DNA of 62,723 nucleotides, counting the filler, from Actinomycetota bacterium (GTDB lineage: Bacteria > Actinomycetota > Acidimicrobiia > IMCC26256 > VFJJ01), in NCBI GenBank assembly GCA_009886115.1. It is 3 parts of 3 records of this genome, joined end to end, with 100 filler letters (N's around TTAATTAATTAA, not from the genome) between each part and the next. Parts side by side here need not be neighbours in the genome. Positions count along the whole stretch, not along the records: positions 1 to 19,766 come from VFJJ01000045.1; 2 more parts are not named here. One strand, 5' to 3'. This document shows positions 1 to 8,846 of the stretch, piece after piece. The notes beneath the pieces are model-generated. The model was not told where the DNA came from. It worked only from the letters and a program-made list of their open reading frames with translations, and ran no database searches. Within the stretch, counting starts at the first letter, position 1; the number at the start of each line of letters is the position of its first letter. The translations under genes and the position numbers were made by a program.

Positions 1-405
1 CTCGATGACCTCGCCCGCTGGGCGCTCTGGTCGAGGGGGCGAGCAGTCGTCTCCCACGAGACCGCCCTCGCCGTCCACGGCATCGGCGAGTTCGAATCCG
101 CTCGTGTCCAACTCACCGTCCCGCCCGGGTTCACGATGCGCGCTGGCGCCGTCGTCCTCCACCGGGCCGAACTGCCCTCCGCCGACGTCGAACAGCGGAC
201 CGGGTTCCGCGTCACCACCGTGGTGCGCTCGCTCGTCGATGTCGCCGCGACCGGCGTCGATCAGGACCAGCTCGCCCGCGCGATCAACGAGGCGCGGGGG
301 CGCGGGCTGCTCACGATCCGGGCCGTCCGAGCGCGGGCCGAAGCCGTCGATCTCCGTGCTGCGCTCCTTATCGAGCGCTCGCTGCAGGGAGCGGACGCAC
401 CGTGA
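1..405 (+). CDS. Type IV toxin-antitoxin antitoxin, AbiEi/Rv1044-like (5' truncated by window edge)
   Basis: Frame 1 is open from base 1: ...AVVSHETALAVHGI...VQLTVPPG...LHRAEL...RVTTVVRSLVDVA, the typical AbiEi C-terminal pattern. GTGA overlap with the downstream AbiEii-like gene. Confidence 0.8.
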   Translation, partial: LDDLARWALWSRGRAVVSHETALAVHGIGEFESARVQLTVPPGFTMRAGAVVLHRAELPSADVEQRTGFRVTTVVRSLVDVAATGVDQDQLARAINEARGRGLLTIRAVRARAEAVDLRAALLIERSLQGADAP

Positions 406-908
406 GCTACGTGAGCTACGGGAGCGCGCGAGCGCCGCGCACCGCGCTCGAGCACCGACTCAGGACCCGGGCGGAGGCCACCAGGATCGCGCTCGACCGC
501 CTCCGCCGACGGGTGGTGTTCGAGCGGGTGGTCGCCCGGCTCGAAGCCGCGGAACCCGGACGTTGGGTGGTCAAGGGCGGGATGGCGTTGGAGGTCCGCC
601 TTGCCGACGACGCTTGACTCACCAAGGATCTCGACCTCGGGCTCCGCGACGACGTCAACGACGTCGACGCGCTGCACGATCGGCTGATCGACGCCCTCGG
701 CGCCGACCCCCACGGCGACACCTTCGTGATGACCGCCGAGGCGCCATCCGCGTTGACCGAGGACGACCGCCACCAGACGACGTGGCGGGCACGCGTCACC
801 GCGAGCTTGGCCGACACCGTCTTCGGCGTCATCCAGCTCGACATCTCACCCCGCGCCTACGAGCTCCACGCAACCGACAAGCTCGGCGCCATGATGCTCG
901 GTGGATGA
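402..908 (+). pseudogene. AbiEii/Rv1045-like nucleotidyltransferase toxin pseudogene
   Basis: WVVKGGMAL...DDA*LTKDLDL: an in-frame TGA (615-617) sits at the Arg of the RxTxDxD motif. The frame continues to 908 but is much shorter than a complete toxin. Confidence 0.8.
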
Positions 909-981
909 GACGTACAGAACACCTGCCCAGAACACCCGGCATTGCTGGCGACAACGCGCCCTGAGCGGGCATTCTGTACGC

Positions 982-1620
982 ATGGACGAGTACAGCCAGA
1001 TATGGCTCGACACAGCGAGCGCGGCGTTGTCGATTGTTGAAGGTCCGCGTGTCGGGGAGCGCTGGGCCGAGCCGTCGAGCCTGTCCGGGATGACGGTCGG
1101 CGCACTCGCCGGACATCTTGTCCACTCTGGCATTCTGATGGCCGAGCAGGGACTCGTCGTCGCTGGACCGGCCGGACAGCCAATCACGGCGGCGAAGATG
1201 TACTCGTTGATACCGCTCGACGAAGACAGCCCGATACACGACGGTGTACGCGCCGTCGCCGAGGAGCAGGTGGTCGATGGAAGAGAGGACCTGATCGAGC
1301 GGGGGAGGGCAAGCTGGAAGCGGAGCGAGGTCGTGCTCGCTGAAGCTTCGCAGGATCAGATCGTCGCACACCCGGTCGCACAGAGGTTCGCAATCACGTT
1401 GCGCGAGTTCTTGCTCACGCGAATCCTCGAGTTGGTCGTGCACATCGACGACCTCACCCACTCGGTGGGCGAGCAGGATCTGGGCGTTGATCGGCGGGCA
1501 ATCGACGTCGCCTGCCACTTCGGGATCGACATCAACGCCGAGCGATACGGATCGGCCCCCGTCATGCGGGCGTTGTTTCGGCGTGACCGGAACTCACTCG
1601 ACGCGCTGCGCACGTTCTGA
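982..1620 (+). CDS. Maleylpyruvate isomerase N-terminal (DinB-like) domain protein
   Basis: WAEPSSLSGMTVGALAGHL and TRILELVVHIDDL metal-binding His motifs. Confidence 0.75.
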   Translation: MDEYSQIWLDTASAALSIVEGPRVGERWAEPSSLSGMTVGALAGHLVHSGILMAEQGLVVAGPAGQPITAAKMYSLIPLDEDSPIHDGVRAVAEEQVVDGREDLIERGRASWKRSEVVLAEASQDQIVAHPVAQRFAITLREFLLTRILELVVHIDDLTHSVGEQDLGVDRRAIDVACHFGIDINAERYGSAPVMRALFRRDRNSLDALRTF

Positions 1621-1630
1621 CTCGACGCGC

Positions 1631-2113
1631 TCACCCGAACTCCATTGGCATGGGTGACGTGTCGGTCGTCGGCGCGCACATGATCTGCTCGATCATCTCG
1701 CGCTGCGCCTCGTGGACGATCTCCAGTCGTACGCCGAACGGGTCCCGGTGGTAGGCCATCTGCATCACACCGCTTTCTCGTGAGCCGAGGGCGAGCGGGC
1801 ACCCGGCCGTCGACCAGCGCGCCGAGTCAGCCTCGACGTCATCGGACCAGAAGCCGATGTGATGGATGTTGGAGTACTCGTTGCATTCCCACTCGGTGCC
1901 GCGCATCTCCTCGATCAGCTCGAGATAGGGCGCGACGCTCGAGTAGCAGGCCTTGAGGTGCAGGACGCGTTCATTCCCTGCCCCATCGATGAAGTCGCCG
2001 TCGAACTCCATCACCGGGCCCCATGCAAGGCCCAGCAGATCGGCGTAGTGCGCCCGACCGGCCATCAGATCAGGCACCACGATTGCCACGTGATAGTGCT
2101 CGCTTCGGTTCAT
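1631..2113 (-). CDS. VOC/glyoxalase family protein
   Basis: HYHVAIVVPDL, YLELIE, IHHIGFWSDDV and DPFGVRLEIV motifs; start taken at MNRSEHY with upstream GGAG-like sequence. Confidence 0.8.
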   Translation of the reverse strand: MNRSEHYHVAIVVPDLMAGRAHYADLLGLAWGPVMEFDGDFIDGAGNERVLHLKACYSSVAPYLELIEEMRGTEWECNEYSNIHHIGFWSDDVEADSARWSTAGCPLALGSRESGVMQMAYHRDPFGVRLEIVHEAQREMIEQIMCAPTTDTSPMPMEFG

Positions 2114-2244
2114 CTCGGTTCCCCCGTGGCCGTCGATCAGTGACGACGTGTCCGACACTACGTCTCCCCGACGCCAGCCAGCGAAGAACGGAACTGCCGA
2201 TCGGGCCGGTGGCCTGCGGCCTTTGAATCGATCATTATGGGCGG

Positions 2245-3123
2245 GTGTTCGGGGCTTGGCGTCGCAGTGAGCGGGTTCGTGGCGACGGCGCTGCCGGCGT
2301 TGCGGCGCTGTCACTTGAGGAGCTTCGGGATCGCTGGCGCGATGACGGGAAGCGAACCACTGCTGTCCTGAAGGCTCTGTGCGAGAACCGGCCGCTGTCG
2401 AAGGTGCTGGACCGCACGCCCGACGGGTTGCTCGACGCACGGGGACTCTTCGGCCCGCTCGCGAAGATCAGCCATCGCGGCGAGGTGGCCGGGCCCGTCG
2501 GCCCGTTGCACTTCGACGTGGTGACCGATCGAATGACGATCACCGAATGCTCGTTGGCCGGGGTCGACTTCTCGTTCGCGGCGCTCCCGAACCTGTTGGT
2601 CTCCGACGGCGTCGTGGAGAACTGCAAGTTCGACGACGCGCTGCTGTCGGGCATGAGCCTGACACGTACGAGATGCTGCGATGTCTCATTCCGCGGCGCG
2701 AACCTCGGCGGTGGTGGCCTCGGCGGATTCCGTGGCGGCAGCAACGTCTACGAGCGGGTCGACTTCCGCAATGCCCGCCTGGGCCCCGGGTTACCGAGCG
2801 CGATCCTCCGAGACTGCGTGTTCGGTCCGCTCGAGGACACCTACTTCGGGTCGTCGGAGTTCTACGGCTGCACGTTTGTCGGGCCGATCACGCATGTGAC
2901 GTTCCACGGCACGATGCCCCTCCCGGGTGGCAAGTCCACACCGGGATGCCTCAGCGGCTGTGACTTCTCGGGTGCGGAGCTCAAGTACATGTCCTTCGTC
3001 GGGGTCGACGTGTCGTCGTGCGTATTCGGCGATGTCGTAGGTCGTGAAGGCGACGCAGGAGGACACCCACGGCGGTTTGACGGTCATCGAGCAGGAATGC
3101 CCGCCGGACCTGCATTCTCCTGA
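2245..3123 (+). CDS. Pentapeptide-repeat protein (start uncertain, 3' end probably disrupted)
   Basis: LAGVDFSFAAL, CKFDDALL, VSFRGANL, VDFRNARL and CDFSGAEL pentapeptide pattern; overlaps the next ORF. Confidence 0.6.
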   Translation: MFGAWRRSERVRGDGAAGVAALSLEELRDRWRDDGKRTTAVLKALCENRPLSKVLDRTPDGLLDARGLFGPLAKISHRGEVAGPVGPLHFDVVTDRMTITECSLAGVDFSFAALPNLLVSDGVVENCKFDDALLSGMSLTRTRCCDVSFRGANLGGGGLGGFRGGSNVYERVDFRNARLGPGLPSAILRDCVFGPLEDTYFGSSEFYGCTFVGPITHVTFHGTMPLPGGKSTPGCLSGCDFSGAELKYMSFVGVDVSSCVFGDVVGREGDAGGHPRRFDGHRAGMPAGPAFS

Positions 3124-3830
3124 GCATGTGCACGACGCGGAGGAGCAGTGCATCTACATGCTCGCCGGGAGCATCGAGTTGGTGTGTGGTGGTGTCGCGA
3201 GGTCGCTGACGCCGGGGTGTTTCGCGGTGCTGCCGCGGGGGGTGCCGCACTCTTTCGTCGTTGTCGGCCTCGACGTAGACGCCCGGCTGTCGTCGAAGAC
3301 CCGTTTCGACTACCGGCTGAGCGCGGACTCCTACCTCCGCCAGTGGCTGGGTGCCAAGCGGTTGCGTGACGTCACGCCCGAGGTGCTCATCGCCTGGCAA
3401 CGCCGCCTCGGAGTCGAGGGCGGCCGCAAGCGAGGTCAGGGCCTGGCTCCGAACACGATCCGTCTCGCTCGCGCCCCGCTCGCCGGCGCGTTCAAGGCGG
3501 CCATCGCCGCAGCACTCGTCAGCCACAACCCGCTGGCCGACGTTCCCCGGCCGACAGCGCCACGGTCAATCCCGCAGCACTGGTCACCCGAGCAGGCTCG
3601 GGAGTTCCTGGACCTGGAGGAGGGCGACCGCATGTGGCCGGTGTGGGCGTTCCTGCTCGGCTCGGGCCTACGGATCGGTGAGCTGGTGTGGCTGCGTTGG
3701 TCGAACGTCGAGCTCGAGCGGCGGGCCGTCCGAGTCGTCGAGTTCGCATCCACCGACGGCTACGAGGTCAAGGCCTCGGTCGGCAAGAGCTTCGACGCGG
3801 TGCGCACGATCGAGCTCGACGACGGGCTGT
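3044..3830 (+). pseudogene. Chimeric remnant: cupin fragment fused in frame to a truncated tyrosine integrase
   Basis: Cupin motif HVHDAEEQCIYML...PRGVPHSF, then integrase segments LRDVTPE, LAPNTIR, NPLADV and box I LGSGLRIGELVWLRW. No HxLR/Y box II. Confidence 0.75.
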
Positions 3831-4328
3831 CCGAGCAGCGCTTCATACATCGCCAGCATCGCGGGCGCATCGAGCCGGTCAGCGAGCGCGATTGCCGCGT
3901 ACACGGATCCGCGACGACCGCGTCTTCCACGCCCCGCCACCACCACGACCCAATCGGCCTCCCTCAACCGGCGGCCGACCACCCCGCCACGGCCCCAAGC
4001 TCGTCGCGATCGTCGGGGTTGTCGCGTCGGGTCGCCAGGATCGTTCGTGGTTCGATCGGACGCTCCGAAACGCGACGTGGAAGGGGCTGCTGACCAGCAC
4101 GGTCAGGCCTGACGCCGGCGCAGAGCGCGGGTTCTCGTCACGATTCGCGGTGGGCAGCGTGACAGCGCTGTCGCTCTCTCCCACAGGTCGCCGAGCCTGC
4201 CGGCCCTCCGATGACATTTGGAACGATCGGATTGGAGATGCGCCAGGGCCGGCATGCTCGCGACGGATACGAGCTCCTTGAATCGCCGGGTGGCGCTTCA
4301 GGTTGCACCGCGCCATCGGGCGCTTGAT

Positions 4329-4727
4329 TCACGCAGGTTCGCGTCCCTCGATCGCGCGATTGATGACAGCGAGGATTTCGGCGGCGGTCGTAACCGCCGA
4401 AGAGGCCTCGCTCGTCGTCGCGTCGGGCAGGTCGCCGGGGTAGCGCGCATCGACTGCCCACGGTTGTAGGAGCTCGAGGTCGACATCGCCCAGTAGCGAG
4501 CGAATGGCCTCTGGCTGCAGCCCGACGAGGATCGCAAGATCGTGCGTCTTGCGAAATGGCGTCCCCGTGGCGATGAGGGACGCCTTCAGCGCCTTCTCAG
4601 TGGCTTGGTGAGCGTGGAAGCAGGCGATCCGAGCGGGAAGATCGGGGGTGGCAAGCAAGCTCCGAGCCGCCGCCAGGTCGGCCTCGGCGAACCTCAGCCA
4701 CTCGCGAGGATCAGACTGCTTCGGCAT
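4329..4727 (-). CDS. HEPN domain protein (HEPN/MNT toxin-antitoxin)
   Basis: ACFHAHQATEKALKA, KTHDL and DARYPG motifs. Confidence 0.85.
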   Translation of the reverse strand: MPKQSDPREWLRFAEADLAAARSLLATPDLPARIACFHAHQATEKALKASLIATGTPFRKTHDLAILVGLQPEAIRSLLGDVDLELLQPWAVDARYPGDLPDATTSEASSAVTTAAEILAVINRAIEGREPA

Positions 4728-5091
4728 GTGGGCGCCGGTACACCGACCGGCCCTCTTTGAGCGGCCAGTAGAGGATCGAGCCGACGTCGTCTCGACGTTC
4801 TGCCATCTCGATCGGGTCGGTGATGAGCACGTCGACGGGGACGAAGGTCTGGATGGAGCGCCGGACTCGGGCCATCATCGGTCGCTTCTCGGCCGGTTGG
4901 ACATGATCGAGCACGACGAGCAGATCGATGTCGGAGTCTGGCCCGTCCTCACGGCGGGCGACCGAGCCGAACAGGATGACCTCGGCGGGATCAATGGCCG
5001 CGACCACCTCGGCGACGACCTGCGGCCAGAGCTCCTGCAGGGTCTTGCCGTCGTAGCGACCCTGATCGTCAACGGTGTGCTGGACCGACAT
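4711..5091 (-). CDS. Minimal nucleotidyltransferase (MNT) domain protein
   Basis: VILFGSVARR...DSDIDLLVV (GSx10DxD); overlaps the HEPN gene. Confidence 0.85.
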   Translation of the reverse strand: MSVQHTVDDQGRYDGKTLQELWPQVVAEVVAAIDPAEVILFGSVARREDGPDSDIDLLVVLDHVQPAEKRPMMARVRRSIQTFVPVDVLITDPIEMAERRDDVGSILYWPLKEGRSVYRRPHAEAV

Positions 5092-5276
5092 CTGCCCAGT
5101 CTACGGACGGCTCAGTCTCGATCGGTTCCTCGCGGGCTCCGCTTCGTGGTCTTGTTCATCTCGCACCCGGCGACAGGACCCAGGGCGCACTACCTCGAAG
5201 CAACCGGGGCCGGCGGTGGTGCCTCAGTGGTCCAACCGAGCGGCGTCCTCTGACGTTCAATCAGAGGACGCCGTCT

Positions 5277-5300
5277 CCGTGAGATCCACCGTGAGATCCA
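5277..5300. repeat. 12-bp tandem direct repeat CCGTGAGATCCA x2, candidate integrase arm-binding site
   Basis: Perfect duplication about 130 bp upstream of the tRNA fragment. Confidence 0.5.
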
Positions 5301-5428
5301 TCCGGCGGGTAAACCCGGTCACGTGCGGTCACTGACGGTCCATGCCGCCCACGTATGTGCCCTGTTCAGCGGCCACAAAAGGCATTGGCGGGCGGTGCCG
5401 GGAAGTGGCGGAACGTGGCCCTCACCGA

Positions 5429-5472
5429 ACTACGGATCAGAAGGTTGGGGGTTCGAGTCCCTCCGAGCGCGC
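5429..5472 (+). mobile_element. att site: 3' fragment of tRNA-Arg(ACG)
   Basis: ACTACGGATCAGAAGGTTGGGGGTTCGAGTCCCTCCGAGCGCGC covers the anticodon loop, T-arm and 3' acceptor strand. No 5' acceptor strand or D-arm upstream. Confidence 0.85.
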
Positions 5473-5745
5473 TACAGATGTCCGGCCGGCCCGCGCCTCG
5501 TTGATGGCGACCTGGAGGCGCCGCCACCTGCGGCCGTGCTCGTGGGCTTGACGGTCGCCGAGCTCGTCGACGCGTACCTCGATGACGCCTGGTGCGGCAG
5601 GATCCGTTGGACGAGCCGGCGTCGGTGCTCCTCGAACAATCCGGGCTGAACGCGCCACGCCACCAACGCCGTCGGGTACGCGCACGGCGCGGACCGGCCG
5701 ATGACAGCGCCGCGCCACGCTCGCCAGCACCGAAACCCATCCGCG

Positions 5746-6945
5746 TCATGGGCCTGGGCCGCCGTCACCACCAGCACCACCACCGGTGAGGGGCGGGGGG
5801 TGGCTGGTGAGGGTGCGGCCGGTGGGGAGCGTGATCTCGACTCCCGAGTCGGGCAGGAGCTTCATCTGGTAGCCCGGCAGGTGGATGAGCGTGTGGTGGC
5901 GTTCGCAGAGCAGGGCGAGGTTGGTCGGTTCGGTGGGGCCACCGTGGAGCCAATGGTGGACGTGGTGGGCGTCGCAACGGGGGCTGGGCACGGCGCATCC
6001 GGGGAAGCGGCAGTGCCGGTCGCGGAGCGCGATGACGTTCCAGAGGTTGGGAGGGACGGCTTTGGTCCCGCGCCCGTAGTCGAGGATGGTGCTCGCACCG
6101 GAGACGATGACTCGGTGCACCTGAGCGTCGCAGAGAACCTGCGCGATGGCGGCGTTCGAGATCGGGGTGCCGTCGAGCCAGTGACTCGTTCCGGGCCGGG
6201 CGGTTCCGGTGAGGACGTCCCAGTCGATGACCACGTGGGCGCTGGGTCGTTGCCGGGCCGTGGCCGGGCTCGGCTGGCTCGCCAGCCAGAACGCGCAGAT
6301 CTCGCCGAGCGCGTCAGCCCGACGGCGCGACGGGGTGCGTTCGGGTTCACCGTCGAGGTCGGGACGCATCGCCGCTCGGATGGCGTCGCCGACGACGGCA
6401 CCGGTGCGGGCGTCGAGGTTCCCGTCGAGACGGTGGCGACCGTCGGGGAGCACCGACAGGTACAGGTCGTTCCGTTCCGTCGGTGGTTTCGGGTCGTCGA
6501 CGCCGTCGACGATCTGACGCCACCGGGTCATCGCCACCCTGGTGTGGGCGACGTCACCACCGGTCAGGGTCGGGACCATCAGCGATTCGTGCTCGGCCCA
6601 CCGCTCGACCGCCCCAGCCGGGACCTGGGCACAGATCACCTCGACCTGCGACGCCGACAGGTCCCCCGACCGGGCCGCCGCCGCGGTGACCGGCCAGTGC
6701 CGCAACTGTCGGCCCGCCTTCAGATGCCGACCGGCGGCGGCGTCGTCCATGCCGGTGTGGTGCCGCAACCACGACAACGTCGACAGGGCCCCCTCGCCGG
6801 CCGGGCCGTCGAGCGCATCGAACTCGGCGGTCGCTTCTCGGGCCCGGGCGGTGAGCTGATCGACCAGCCGCCACGCCTCGCGCAGCGCGTCAGCCGTGGC
6901 CGGTATCTCCAGCTCCTCCACCACCTCCTGCAACCCCTCGAACAT
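5746..6945 (-). CDS. DUF222 + HNH endonuclease (13E12-like) protein
   Basis: RTPSRRRADAL, RDRHCRFPGC, CDAHHVHHWLHGGPT and NLALLCERHH. Confidence 0.9.
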   Translation of the reverse strand: MFEGLQEVVEELEIPATADALREAWRLVDQLTARAREATAEFDALDGPAGEGALSTLSWLRHHTGMDDAAAGRHLKAGRQLRHWPVTAAAARSGDLSASQVEVICAQVPAGAVERWAEHESLMVPTLTGGDVAHTRVAMTRWRQIVDGVDDPKPPTERNDLYLSVLPDGRHRLDGNLDARTGAVVGDAIRAAMRPDLDGEPERTPSRRRADALGEICAFWLASQPSPATARQRPSAHVVIDWDVLTGTARPGTSHWLDGTPISNAAIAQVLCDAQVHRVIVSGASTILDYGRGTKAVPPNLWNVIALRDRHCRFPGCAVPSPRCDAHHVHHWLHGGPTEPTNLALLCERHHTLIHLPGYQMKLLPDSGVEITLPTGRTLTSHPPPLTGGGAGGDGGPGP

Positions 6946-6953
6946 ATGTTCGA
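6938..6953. promoter_or_regulatory. LexA SOS box overlapping the DUF222/HNH start codon
   Basis: Perfect palindrome TCGAACATATGTTCGA (TCGAAC-N4-GTTCGA) with a -10-like TAGTAT immediately upstream on the minus strand. Confidence 0.85.
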
Positions 6954-7274
6954 TACTACCAGAATCACTAACAAGCACAAGGGAATTCTCGAAGATTCTC
7001 GCCTTCTTGACTGGGCTCGACCCATGGATGGCCCAGCGTTCACGGAGGTCGGAGCGTGAGCGCAAGACCCACACCCCGGTCGGGTTCTTCTTCCTCGACG
7101 AGCCACAGTCGCCCACATCCTGCCGGCTCCAACAGCGCGGTTGCCTCCGCAGCGACGGCGCCGCCAAGGACGAGCCGTGTGACTTCGACGCTCGAGCCCG
7201 GCGCATGGCGGACACCGCTATTCGACTCCGGCGGTTGGCGCTACCTTGTGCGCCAGAGAGCAGGGAGAGCTGCC

Positions 7275-8681
7275 ATGCGTCATCGAGCACTGACCGTGAC
7301 CCGCATGGGGGCCTTGTTCCTGGCCGTGACGTTGACCGGTGTCGCTGCCTGCTCGGGCGGCGACGACGACGATGTCACGACCGCAGTGGGGCAACCCGGC
7401 GAGATCTTCCTCGAGCCCGCCGCCGATACGGGCCCCTCTCCGTTCACCAAGACCAGCGCCACCATCGCCACTGACGCCGTCTCCGACAAGACCGTCGGGC
7501 GCCCGTCGACGATCGTGATCGACCTCGATGCATCGAAGCGCGGTGGCCGAGCAGGTTCGTTCCCGCCCGTCGCCGGATCGACGCCGGGGCTCTATGGCGG
7601 CAGCGGCAATCAGCAGGTGTGCGACGCCGATGCGCTCGTCGAGTTCCTCGGGGAGAATGCCGACAAGGCGGCGGCCTGGGCCGGCGTGCACGGCATCGAG
7701 GCCAACGAGATCGCCAGCTTCGTCGCCGGGCTCACACCTGTGGTGCTGCTCGACGACACCCGGGTCACCAACCACGGGTATTCGGACGGCCGGGCGACAC
7801 CTCGCCAGTCGGTGTTGCAGGCCGGCACCGCGGTGCTCGTCGACGAGCTCGGCGTACCCCGGGTGCGCTGCGCATGCGGGAACCCGCTCCTCGAGCCCGA
7901 GCCCGTGCCGGATCCCGTCTTCACGGGCGAGCCGTGGCCCGAGTTCGACCCCGACGCCGTCTTCGAGATCGTCGCCGCTGATGCACCCATCACCAGCTTC
8001 GTGGTGGTCGACATCATCACCGGGGAGACCTTCGAGCTCCCGGCCGCAGCCGGGCCGATCGCCGAACCACCGTCGTCAGCCACTTCCACGACCACGGCGA
8101 CGACGGCCACGCAGGCAACGACGGCCACGCAGGCCACGACGGGCACGACGGGCACGACGGCGGGTGGCGTGGTTCCCACGACCGCAGGAGGGCCGACGGC
8201 CACGACGAGCGCCACACCGACGACGACCGATCGTGGATTCGGGACTGTCGACCCATGCTCAGCCAGGCTTGTCCCCGCTACCACCTGCTCGCTCGGGCCG
8301 CCGGTCGCCAACGAGGAGGTCCTTGGGTTCTGGTCGGGAGACTGGGGCCGGCTCTTGTTGCGCGAGCTCGATGACGGGACCGTCGTGGGCGCGTATTCCT
8401 ACGACGAGGGCGTGATGGTGGGCGAGATCGTCGACAACGCGTTCCGCGGCACCTGGTGCGAGGTCCCGAGTCGAACCGGCCCCAACGACGCCGGCCCCGT
8501 CGAGCTCACCTTCGTACTGATCGACGGGCGACGCACGATCGACGGACGCTGGCGCTACGACGGCGATCCGGCCGGCTCCGCGTGGCGCGAGGACTGGGAC
8601 CTCGCCGACCGTGACACCGAGAAGCCCGATCAGGCCCTCATCGACCGCTTGGGGCAAGCGCCCCGGCTCTGCGTCGGCTGA
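7275..8681 (+). CDS. DUF6777-like lipoprotein with Thr-rich linker
   Basis: Lipobox GVAAC; GSTPGLYGG, DTRVTNHGY, QSVLQAGTAVLVD and GVPRVRCACGNPL motifs. Confidence 0.75.
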   Translation: MRHRALTVTRMGALFLAVTLTGVAACSGGDDDDVTTAVGQPGEIFLEPAADTGPSPFTKTSATIATDAVSDKTVGRPSTIVIDLDASKRGGRAGSFPPVAGSTPGLYGGSGNQQVCDADALVEFLGENADKAAAWAGVHGIEANEIASFVAGLTPVVLLDDTRVTNHGYSDGRATPRQSVLQAGTAVLVDELGVPRVRCACGNPLLEPEPVPDPVFTGEPWPEFDPDAVFEIVAADAPITSFVVVDIITGETFELPAAAGPIAEPPSSATSTTTATTATQATTATQATTGTTGTTAGGVVPTTAGGPTATTSATPTTTDRGFGTVDPCSARLVPATTCSLGPPVANEEVLGFWSGDWGRLLLRELDDGTVVGAYSYDEGVMVGEIVDNAFRGTWCEVPSRTGPNDAGPVELTFVLIDGRRTIDGRWRYDGDPAGSAWREDWDLADRDTEKPDQALIDRLGQAPRLCVG

Positions 8682-8714
8682 ACCGACCCAGTCGACGGGT
8701 TCATCGCCAGCCGC

Positions 8715-8762
8715 CACCGGCCCACCGGCCCACCGGCCCACCGGCCCACCGGCCCACCGGCC
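8715..8762. repeat. 8-bp tandem repeat (CACCGGCC)x6
   Basis: Seen directly, between convergent genes. Confidence 0.9.
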
Positions 8763-8808
8763 CAGCCGCCCACCGCTGGCTGGCGGCTGGCGGTGTACCC
8801 GAACGCCC

Positions 8809-8836
8809 CGAGGGGGGAGGCTCGCCTCCCCCCTCG
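8809..8836. terminator. GC-rich hairpin, probable bidirectional terminator
   Basis: CGAGGGGGGAGG-CTCG-CCTCCCCCCTCG between convergent genes. Confidence 0.6.
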
Positions 8837-8846
8837 AAACTCGAGC

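Noticed and set aside
615..617. In-frame TGA in AbiEii as selenocysteine
   Set aside because: It aligns with a conserved Arg (CGA), not a Cys, and the gene is also truncated.
5400..5475. Complete tRNA-Arg gene
   Set aside because: No 5' acceptor strand or D-arm pairs with the 3' half; treated as an att fragment.
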